Below are positions 18,950 to 25,993 of a DNA stretch of 64,000 nt, one piece after another. Each line of letters opens with the position of its first letter. The stretch's first letter is position 1. The stretch comes from an uncultured Actinomycetes bacterium (GTDB taxonomy: Bacteria; Actinomycetota; Thermoleophilia; Gaiellales; Gaiellaceae): contig CAVTNM010000008.1 in the NCBI GenBank assembly GCA_963736055.1, forward strand, positions 1,012,599-1,076,598, written 5' to 3'. The notes below the pieces were generated by a model. That model ran no database searches. It saw nothing but the letters and a program-made list of their open reading frames with translations, and was not told the DNA's origin. The position numbers and the translations under genes are program-made.

Positions 18950-20983
18950 ATGAAAGCCATAGTGATGAGCGTGGCCGTGGTGCTTGCCGCACTCGCCATT
19001 GCTCCCGCGGCGTTCGCCGACGGCTCCGGTGGTCCCGGTGGTGCGCAAGCCGGGATCCAGGCCGCGTCGACCGTCCAGGGAGCCTTAGGCGTGGCGCTGA
19101 GCCACCAGAACGCGGTCAACGCCAACGTGCCCGTGAACATCGCCGGCGGCAACATCACCGCCGCCGGTCCGAGCACGGCCACCCAGATGGCCACTTCGAG
19201 CGCCAACGCGGACGTCTCGAACAAGGCCAAGACCGATCAGGACCAACACCTCACTCAGAACATCGGCGGCTCCGGCTGTGTGGCCGGATGCGGCGGTGCG
19301 GGAGGATTCCAGGCCGGGGTCCAAGCAGCCGACACCAAGCAGATTGCCGTCGGGGCCGCCAAGAGCGACCAGAACGCAGTGAACGCGAACGTGCCCGTGA
19401 ACATCGCGGGCGGAAACGTCAACTCCGGCCCGAGCTCGGCGACGCAGACGGCGAACTCGACGGCCAACACGAACGTCAAGAACAAGTCCAAGACCGACCA
19501 GCATCAGACGCAGGATCAGAACATCGGTGGTAGCGGCTCCTGCAAGCTCGGTTGCGGCGGTGCCGGCGGCTTCCAGGCCGGCGTCCAGGCAGCCGACACG
19601 AAGCAGGCCGCGCTGGGGATCTCCGACAGCCACCAGAACGCAGTGAATGCCAACGTGCCCGTGAACATCGCGGGCGGCGACATCAACTCCGGCCCGAGCT
19701 CGGCGACGCAGACGGCGAACTCGACGGCCACCACGAACGTGAAGAACAAGTCGAAGACCGACCAGGACCAGCACCTCACCCAGAACATCGGCGGCTCAGG
19801 CTGCTACGCGGGTTGCGGTGGTCCAGGCGGCTTCCAGCTCGGTGTCCAGAAGGCCGACACCCAGCAGCTGGCGCTCGGATTCTCAAAGAGCGACCAGAAC
19901 GCGGTCAACGGCAACTCGCCGGTCAACATCGCCGGAGGTGACATCAACTCCGGGCCGAGCTCGGCGACGCAGACGGCGACGTCCACCGCGGACACCGACG
20001 TCGAGAACAACGCCAAGACCGACCAGGATCAGGGGCTGAACCAGAACATCGGCAACAGCGACATGAAGGCCCCGGTCCTGTGCTCCTGCGAGGGGAGAAA
20101 CAAGGACAAGGTCGGCCGTCAGGATCATCGGAAGAACGGCAAGTACGGCAAGAAGGGCCGCAAGAACGGCTCGCCCAGCCGCACTGCCAGCCCGATCGGC
20201 AACAACAGCTCGGTCAGCCCGATCGGCAACAACAGCTCGGTCAGCCCGACCGGCAACAACAGCTCGGTCAGCCCGACCGGCAGCAACAACTCGGTCAGCC
20301 CGACCGGCAACAGCCGCACCGCCTACCCGCTCGGCAACAACGCGCGCCGGAGCGGGACGCTCGGCAACGAGGCCAGCAAGGGCAGCCCGAACGACAAGGG
20401 CAGCGGCAACAACAGCGGGTCCGGCGGCATCCCGGACGCCCAGAGGGCTAGCCGCAAGGGCGGCTGCGTCGTCGGTTGCGGCGGCGCGGGTGGGTTCCAG
20501 CTCGGGATCCAGGGCGCCGAGACCAAGCAGGGTGCGCTCGGCATCGCGAAGAGCCACCAGAACGCCGTCAACTCGAACGCACCCAGCTCGGTAGCCGGGA
20601 AGGACATCGACTCCGGCCGCGCCCCGAGCAGTGCGACGCAGACGGCGACGTCGTCCGCGAACGCGGACGTCAAGAACAAGGCGAAGACGGACCAGGACCA
20701 GGACCTCCACCAGAACATCGGCGACTCCGGCTGCGTGGCCGGCTGCGGCGGTGCGGGTGGGTTCCAGGCCGGGGTCCAGCTGTCCAAGACGGAACAGCTC
20801 GCGCTCGGGTTCGGCATCAGCGACCAGAACGCGGTCAACGGCAACGCGCCGCACTCCGTAGCCGGAGGGAACATCTACGACGGCGGGAGCAACGCGACGC
20901 AGACAGCGACGTCGACTGGTAAGACTGACGTCAAGAACAAGGGCAAGACCGACCAGAACCAGTGGGAGGACCAGCTGCTCTGA
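18950..20983 (+). CDS. Secreted 677-aa Q/N/T/G-rich protein P3 with six repeats of about 82-88 aa, each bounded by a CxxxC pair
   Basis: AAGGAGAAGGG RBS before ATG 18950. Signal peptide ending AFA|DG. Repeat unit: GGSGC.AGCGGAGGFQAGVQAADTKQ.A.G...S.QNAVNANVPVNIAGGN.NSGPSSATQTANSTANTNVKNKSKTDQDQ.L.QNI. Confidence 0.75.
   Translation: MKAIVMSVAVVLAALAIAPAAFADGSGGPGGAQAGIQAASTVQGALGVALSHQNAVNANVPVNIAGGNITAAGPSTATQMATSSANADVSNKAKTDQDQHLTQNIGGSGCVAGCGGAGGFQAGVQAADTKQIAVGAAKSDQNAVNANVPVNIAGGNVNSGPSSATQTANSTANTNVKNKSKTDQHQTQDQNIGGSGSCKLGCGGAGGFQAGVQAADTKQAALGISDSHQNAVNANVPVNIAGGDINSGPSSATQTANSTATTNVKNKSKTDQDQHLTQNIGGSGCYAGCGGPGGFQLGVQKADTQQLALGFSKSDQNAVNGNSPVNIAGGDINSGPSSATQTATSTADTDVENNAKTDQDQGLNQNIGNSDMKAPVLCSCEGRNKDKVGRQDHRKNGKYGKKGRKNGSPSRTASPIGNNSSVSPIGNNSSVSPTGNNSSVSPTGSNNSVSPTGNSRTAYPLGNNARRSGTLGNEASKGSPNDKGSGNNSGSGGIPDAQRASRKGGCVVGCGGAGGFQLGIQGAETKQGALGIAKSHQNAVNSNAPSSVAGKDIDSGRAPSSATQTATSSANADVKNKAKTDQDQDLHQNIGDSGCVAGCGGAGGFQAGVQLSKTEQLALGFGISDQNAVNGNAPHSVAGGNIYDGGSNATQTATSTGKTDVKNKGKTDQNQWEDQLL
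19022..20050 (+). repeat. Four tandem intragenic repeats of about 246-264 nt (P3 repeats 1-4)
   Basis: Repeats 2 and 3 are about 93% identical over a 133-nt block that I compared base by base (19369-19501 vs 19632-19764). Confidence 0.8.
20189..20314 (+). repeat. 27-nt tandem repeat, about 4.6 copies, encoding SP[IT]GNNSSV
   Basis: agcccgatcggcaacaacagctcggtc x2, then agcccgaccggcaacaacagctcggtc and diverged copies. In frame within P3. Confidence 0.85.
20458..20980 (+). repeat. P3 repeats 5-6 (diverged copies of the 87-aa unit)
   Basis: GGCVVGCGGAGGFQLGIQGAETKQ... and GDSGCVAGCGGAGGFQAGVQLSKTEQ... Confidence 0.75.
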
Positions 20984-21000
20984 TCGGGTAGGTCAAGCGT

Positions 21001-21028
21001 GGAGGGCCGCACGCCGCAGCGGCCCTCC
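21001..21028. terminator. Bidirectional hairpin between convergent genes
   Basis: ggagggccgc-acgccgca-gcggccctcc (10-bp stem), followed by atctcttatctcc. It lies 18 nt after the P3 stop and 6 nt from the stop at 21034. Confidence 0.6.
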
Positions 21029-21033
21029 ATCTC

Positions 21034-22389
21034 TTATCTCCGGGCGACGGCGATCAGCGTCGGCGTCGTCCTGCCGCCGCTGCGGGGTCGCAGGATCGTC
21101 ACGTAGGCGGTCGTGTCCGAGAGCGCGGTCGTCCAGAGGATCCGCGCCGTCGGCCTCGGCCGGTGCGGGCACGGGACGCGCTCGCCCTGGCTCGTGTGGC
21201 CTTCCTCGTGGCCCCGGTCCTGGCCGGCCAGGGGTGGCAGCTCGTAGAGGACGCGATCCTTTCCGCCGCGCAGCGGGCCGAGCCGCAGCTCCTGGGCGCA
21301 GCGGGAGACGCGGACGTAGAGGAGGCTCGACCCGAGCAGGGACGGGTTGAGGAGCTGGGCGTCGCGTGAGAACCGCACACGCCGTCTCGTTCCGTCGGCG
21401 ACGTTCACCGCCGTCAGCCAGCTGCCGCCCGCCGTGGAGTAGTGGTAGACGACGAGGTCGCCGTCGAGGGCCGGCCTGCCGAGCTCCGCGACCCGCTTCG
21501 CCTCGACCACGAGCGCGCTCCGGCTCGTGTCGCTCAGCGCCTGCACGCGGATCTGGCGGCCGCTGCGCCAGACGAGCCAGCGGTCGGAGACCGCCAGCTT
21601 CTGCGCTCCGGGGATCGACTCCTGGACGACCGGGGCGAGGGTGTCCCGCGAGGCCACCGTGACGGTCGGGCCGGAGCGCCAGGCGACGAGAGCCCCGCCG
21701 ATCGCCGGGTCGTTCCCGGGGAGCTGCGCTCGAAGGCCGCTGCGCGAGAGGAAGCCCCCGACACCCGGCTGCTGCCAGGCGAGATCGGCGCCCGCTGCGC
21801 TCGGGTCGCCCCCGTGCGCCGCGACGGTTCCGGCGGCCTTGACCTCGCCTGCGGCGAGCGCCAGCAGGAGCGAGGCCGCGATCAACGCACGTAGTGCCCG
21901 CAGCCCCATGGGCCGCTCGGCGAGGACGGTCTCTTCGCCCCGCGCGGCGAGCACGAGCACCGGCACCGCGCGGCCGAGCGCGAACCCGAGCCCGATCGCG
22001 AGCGAGCCGGTCACGCTGCCGAGCGCCAGCCCGAGTGCCGGGAGCGCCCAGGCGGCGGTCGCGGGCACGTAGGTGGAGAGACCGGTCCCGAGCAGCAGCC
22101 CGTAGAGAAGGAGCGCGAGCGGGAGCGGCATCGTCCGCCGCCAGGGCTCCGGCACCTGGAAGTGGATCTGCGGGCGCACGCGTAGCCCGGCCGCGTCGCT
22201 CAGGATCGCCGCCGCCGCGACCGCCAAGGCCACGACGACGATGGCACGTGACTGCACCGCCTCGCCGAGCAGGCCGAGCACGCCGAAGACCAGCGCCGCG
22301 CCGAGCGCAAGGCCGACGGCGAAGGCGGCCGCGGTCAGCGCAAAGGCTCGTCGTCCGTCCTGGCGTGCGGCACTCACGGTGCCGACCAT
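21034..22389 (-). CDS. Polytopic membrane domain (DsbD/CcdA- or MauF-like?) fused to an extracytoplasmic beta-propeller-like domain
   Basis: N-terminal 190 aa with 5-6 TM segments and RPQIHFQVPEPWRR. The C-terminal 260 aa carry repeated strands: LAWQQPG, ALVAWRSG, RWLVWRSG, DLVVYHYS, SLLYVRVS, TAYVTIL. Confidence 0.6.
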   Translation of the reverse strand: MVGTVSAARQDGRRAFALTAAAFAVGLALGAALVFGVLGLLGEAVQSRAIVVVALAVAAAAILSDAAGLRVRPQIHFQVPEPWRRTMPLPLALLLYGLLLGTGLSTYVPATAAWALPALGLALGSVTGSLAIGLGFALGRAVPVLVLAARGEETVLAERPMGLRALRALIAASLLLALAAGEVKAAGTVAAHGGDPSAAGADLAWQQPGVGGFLSRSGLRAQLPGNDPAIGGALVAWRSGPTVTVASRDTLAPVVQESIPGAQKLAVSDRWLVWRSGRQIRVQALSDTSRSALVVEAKRVAELGRPALDGDLVVYHYSTAGGSWLTAVNVADGTRRRVRFSRDAQLLNPSLLGSSLLYVRVSRCAQELRLGPLRGGKDRVLYELPPLAGQDRGHEEGHTSQGERVPCPHRPRPTARILWTTALSDTTAYVTILRPRSGGRTTPTLIAVARR

Positions 22390-22457
22390 CGAGAGGCTTC
22401 AGGGCGACCAGGCGCCCGCCAGCCCGACGAGCAGCCCGGTCAGCGAGAGCGCCGCGG

Positions 22458-23027
22458 TCAGCACTTGATCTTCGTGTCGTAGTACATGACGCAGAAGACC
22501 CTGCGGCCGCTGTAGCAGTAGCCCGTGAGCGCGGCGTCGCCGTTGATCCGGTGGCGGACCGCGCCACAGCAGTCGACGAGCTTGCGTACGTGGCCGCCGC
22601 AGCAGCGGTACCACGCTCCGTCGATCTGCGGGCGGAAGCCGAACTCCCGTCCGGCGGCCGTGCAGACGCGTGTCCGCGCCGCCGGTGGGAGCGGATTGCC
22701 GTCGGGATCGCGCAGGAGGCCGCCGCCGGGCGCGACGGGCCGGCCGCGAGCGTCGATCGGGCGACCGAGGTCGTCGACCGGCTTCCCGTCGGCGGCGCGC
22801 AGCGGGAAGCCGTTGCGGTCGATCCGGGGCAGGCCGACCGGGTGCGGGCAGGAGCCGGTCGTGTAGATGTGGCCGCAGAAGTGGTAGGCCTCGGCCTTCT
22901 GGGCGCGCAGGGCCGCTGCGAGGAAGCCTCCGCCGGTCACGCCGAGGAGCAGTCGCCCCGCCCGGGCGATGAACCCTCGCCGCGAGGTCGAGCCGGCGAC
23001 GGCCTCGCTGAGCCTGAGGTCAGGCAC
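22458..23027 (-). CDS. Tat-exported, 10-Cys methylamine-dehydrogenase-light-chain (MauA)-like protein
   Basis: GTG 23027 overlaps the upstream stop (GTGCCTGA). Twin-arginine leader STSRRGFIARAG. YHFCGHIYTTGSCPHP...AWYRCCGGHVRKLVDCCG...GYCYSGRRVFCVMYYD aligns by eye with MauA blocks CDYWRHCS..C.C / AYRDCCGY / WCFG..TYHC. Confidence 0.65.
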   Translation of the reverse strand: MPDLRLSEAVAGSTSRRGFIARAGRLLLGVTGGGFLAAALRAQKAEAYHFCGHIYTTGSCPHPVGLPRIDRNGFPLRAADGKPVDDLGRPIDARGRPVAPGGGLLRDPDGNPLPPAARTRVCTAAGREFGFRPQIDGAWYRCCGGHVRKLVDCCGAVRHRINGDAALTGYCYSGRRVFCVMYYDTKIKC

Positions 23028-23916
23028 CCACGGGTCTGGTCGCGTGTGCGATGAGGCTCTCCAGCTGGAAGAGCGAGTTGAACGTGCCCTTCGCGAGCAC
23101 CTCGCCGTCGCGGCCGAGCACGACGCCGTAGGGGCTTCCCGGCACGCCCAGCGACGACCAGGCCTCCGCATCGGCCTCCTCGTCGAAGAGCTCGAGCTCC
23201 ACCTCGGGATCGGTGGCGACGAGTCGCAACGAGGGCTCGAGCGCGCGGCAGAGGGCGCAACCCGCGGAGGTGAAGACCGCGACCGCGAGCGGCGCGCGGC
23301 CCTCGAAGCGGTCGATCAGCCCGACTCGCCCCCCGAGCTCCGGCCCCTCGTGGTCGAGCGACAGGGCGGCCTGCGGGGCGACGGCGAGACGCAGCTCCCC
23401 GAGCTCGCGGGCGAGCGCGAGCACCGCGACTGCGACCGCGACCAGGCCGAGGAGCGACAGGACGAGGCCCGCGCCCAGCCAGGCCTCGGTCGACGGCTTC
23501 GTGTCCGGAAGGAAGGCGACCGCCGCGGCTCCGGCTGCCAGGAGCGCGGTGCGCGTGAAGGCCGGCCACCCGATCCGCGAGCGGCCGCCGAAGCACCCGC
23601 AGGGCGCGCCCGCTCGTCCACGGAGGATCGCGAGCGCGAGTGCCGAGGCAAAGACGCCGAACAGGACGGCAGCCGCCCCGGCCGCGCCGGGAACATCGGC
23701 GGCGAGGGCGACCGCGATCCCGATCTCGGCGACGATCGTCGCGGTCCACAGAGTGGCACGCGAGCGGACGGATCCGATCCCGTAGGAGCGCAGTGCATCG
23801 CGGCCGGAACGGCCCGAGGCGAGCTTCGCCGCCGCGGAGACGAGCAGCACGGCGGCCAGCAGGAACCGGAGAAGACCCACGACGGTCAAGCGGGCGGGAG
23901 GATACATAGCGCCCAT
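23020..23916 (-). CDS. MauE/DoxX-like membrane domain fused to a thioredoxin-fold (MauD/TlpA-like) domain
   Basis: 4 TM segments with the GAPCGCFGG motif. C-terminal domain AVAVFTSAGCALCRALEP...LGVPGSPYGVVLGRDGEVLAKG (CxxC). An alternative ATG is at 23907. Confidence 0.7.
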   Translation of the reverse strand: MGAMYPPARLTVVGLLRFLLAAVLLVSAAAKLASGRSGRDALRSYGIGSVRSRATLWTATIVAEIGIAVALAADVPGAAGAAAVLFGVFASALALAILRGRAGAPCGCFGGRSRIGWPAFTRTALLAAGAAAVAFLPDTKPSTEAWLGAGLVLSLLGLVAVAVAVLALARELGELRLAVAPQAALSLDHEGPELGGRVGLIDRFEGRAPLAVAVFTSAGCALCRALEPSLRLVATDPEVELELFDEEADAEAWSSLGVPGSPYGVVLGRDGEVLAKGTFNSLFQLESLIAHATRPVGA

Positions 23917-24700
23917 GCGCCCACTGGCCCTTCTTTCGCTCTCGCTGCTCCTCGTCGGGGCGGCGAGCTCGAGCGTCGGAGTGCGGGCCGCGGCCCTCGG
24001 CCGGTCGCTCCAGGGCCGGAGGATCGTCGCCTACGAGCTCGGAGCTCCGAAGAGCCCGCGCAAGGTGCTCGTCGTCGGCTGCGTCCACGGCAACGAGTGC
24101 GCCGGGATCGCCGTCCTCGACCGGCTCCGCGGCCTCGGCCCGATTCCGGGAGTCGACCTCTGGCTCGTGCCGGACGCGAACCCCGACGGCCGGGCGGCGG
24201 GGGTGCGCGGCAACTCGCGCGGCGTCGACCTGAACCGGAACTTCCCCTGGCGCTGGCGTCCGCTCGGCGGCGTCAACTACTCAGGCGCCGGCCCCGCCTC
24301 GGAGCGCGAGACGCGCATCGCCATGCGCCTGATCCGGCGGCTGCACCCGAAGGTCACGATCTGGTTCCACCAGCACCTGAACATGGTCGTCCTCACCGCC
24401 GGGAACCTCGGCCTGCAGCGCCGCTTCGCCCGCCTTGCCGGTCTGAGGGCCGGGCGGCTGCCCAGTTACCCGGGCACGGCGACCGGCTGGTCGAACGCGA
24501 CCTTTGCCGGGACGACGGCCTTCGTGGTCGAGCTCCCTGCCGGGCGGCTGCCGGCCCGGGCCGTCGCTCGGCTCGCGCGGGCGGTGCGCGAGACGGCTGG
24601 GTGCGGCTCACAGCGAGTGCAGGATGTAGGCCTCGATCGGGTCGCCCTTCCCCTTGACCTGGAGGGGCGGCAAGCGCTCGAGCACGGCTCCGGGCGGTAG
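23915..24700 (+). CDS. M14-family zinc carboxypeptidase (MpaA / gamma-D-Glu-DAP amidase-like), secreted
   Basis: Signal peptide MRPLALLSLSLLLVGAASS. VGCVHGNECAG, PDANPDG, GVDLNRNF. The last 93 nt overlap the convergent cyclase gene, so the 3' end is uncertain. Confidence 0.75.
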   Translation: MRPLALLSLSLLLVGAASSSVGVRAAALGRSLQGRRIVAYELGAPKSPRKVLVVGCVHGNECAGIAVLDRLRGLGPIPGVDLWLVPDANPDGRAAGVRGNSRGVDLNRNFPWRWRPLGGVNYSGAGPASERETRIAMRLIRRLHPKVTIWFHQHLNMVVLTAGNLGLQRRFARLAGLRAGRLPSYPGTATGWSNATFAGTTAFVVELPAGRLPARAVARLARAVRETAGCGSQRVQDVGLDRVALPLDLEGRQALEHGSGR

Positions 24701-25993
24701 GGCCGCCGCGGTCTCGGCGCCGACGACGACCTTCCCCACCGGCGCCTCGGCCTCGAGACGGGCGGCGAGATTGACGGTGTCGCCGACGACGCCGTGCTTG
24801 CGATGCCCGGTCGGGCCGCCGACGAGGCCGGCGAGCACCTCGCCGCTGTTCACGGCGGCGCGGAAGCGCGGCCAGTCGGGATGGCTCGCCGCCACCTCGG
24901 CGGCCGCCTCCTGGAACTCCAGCGCCGTCCTGGCTGCGCGTTCGGCGTGGTCGGGGAGGTCGCCGTTCTGGTTGAAGATCACCATCACGGCATCGCCGAT
25001 GATCTGATGGACGACACCGCCTTCCCCTTCGAGCAGCGGCACGAGCCGGCCGAAGTACCCGTTCAGCATCGCCGCCACCTGCGCGGGCGGCATCCGCTCG
25101 GAGAACGAGGTGAAGCCCTGGAGGTCGGCGAAGAGGATGCTCGCCTCACGCGTGTTGGCGAGCGTCTCGTCGAGGTAGAGCGGGCTGAACCGCTCCTCGT
25201 GCCACTCGCCTCGGGCGCTGACGGCGATCGTGACGAAGGCGATCAGCATCAGCAGGTGCCATTCCCACCACGAGACCCGCCAGTTCCGCGCCCACGCAAT
25301 TACCAGCATCGCCTCCGCCAGCAGCGAGAACGCGAGCGCGACCCCGAGCAGGAACGGCGCGCGGCGGGCCCGGTAGAGGCGGAAGTAGCCGAAGGCGGCG
25401 GTCGAATACAGGACGACCCCTACCGCGGCGAGCGTGATCTGCCAGCCGTTGAGCTCCTCTGCGCCCAGTTCGCCCGCAAGCGGCTCGATCCCCGACACGG
25501 AGACCGCGGCCCAGCCGGCGAGCAGCACCGATAGCGCCACGACCAGCGGCACCGCCCAGCGCAGCACGCGCTCGGCCGCCGCGGGCCTGAGCGGCAGGCC
25601 CGAGGCGGCCGCGAACACTCCCGCGACCGCAAGCCCGAACGGCGTCGCCAGCTCGAACCCTCCGTTCTTGCCGAGCAGGACTCCCGGCGTCGCGAGCGCG
25701 TGCAGCCCGAGGAAGCCGGCAGCCGAGACGAAGGCGAGCGAGACCAGGAAGAGGCGCGCGTCCCGGCGGCGCCTCGCGGCGACCCCGACCGCGTAGCCGA
25801 GGCCGACGCTCAGTGACGCCGCGCCGAGCACCAGCCAGAAGTGCGCCGGATGGTTCTCCCAGGCCTCGTCGATCCCGGGGTGCAGGAGCAGGAGCGCGAG
25901 CATCCCCGCCCCAACGAGGAGCGCGAGTCCCGGCCAGAGCCTCGGTGCTCGCGCCGCAGCGGCCTCGACCGCGGGGCGAGCGGTGCCGCTCAT
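24608..25993 (-). CDS. Membrane-bound class III adenylate/guanylate cyclase
   Basis: ATG 25993 overlaps the upstream stop (ATGA). About 7 TM segments, then ASILFADLQGFTSFSE...IGDAVMVIF...VNSGEVLAGLVG...GDTVNLAARLE. Confidence 0.85.
   Translation of the reverse strand: MSGTARPAVEAAAARAPRLWPGLALLVGAGMLALLLLHPGIDEAWENHPAHFWLVLGAASLSVGLGYAVGVAARRRRDARLFLVSLAFVSAAGFLGLHALATPGVLLGKNGGFELATPFGLAVAGVFAAASGLPLRPAAAERVLRWAVPLVVALSVLLAGWAAVSVSGIEPLAGELGAEELNGWQITLAAVGVVLYSTAAFGYFRLYRARRAPFLLGVALAFSLLAEAMLVIAWARNWRVSWWEWHLLMLIAFVTIAVSARGEWHEERFSPLYLDETLANTREASILFADLQGFTSFSERMPPAQVAAMLNGYFGRLVPLLEGEGGVVHQIIGDAVMVIFNQNGDLPDHAERAARTALEFQEAAAEVAASHPDWPRFRAAVNSGEVLAGLVGGPTGHRKHGVVGDTVNLAARLEAEAPVGKVVVGAETAAALPPGAVLERLPPLQVKGKGDPIEAYILHSL

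Noticed and set aside
18950-20983. Assigning P3 to the chaplin or curli (CsgA) families
   Set aside because: There is only loose resemblance: VPVNIAGGN vs chaplin VPVNVCGN, and Q/N/G repeats vs the CsgA S-X5-Q-X-G-X-G-N-X-A-X3-Q motif. Repeat length (about 87 aa), the CxxxC pairs and the overall motif differ. It is reported as a novel-looking family instead.
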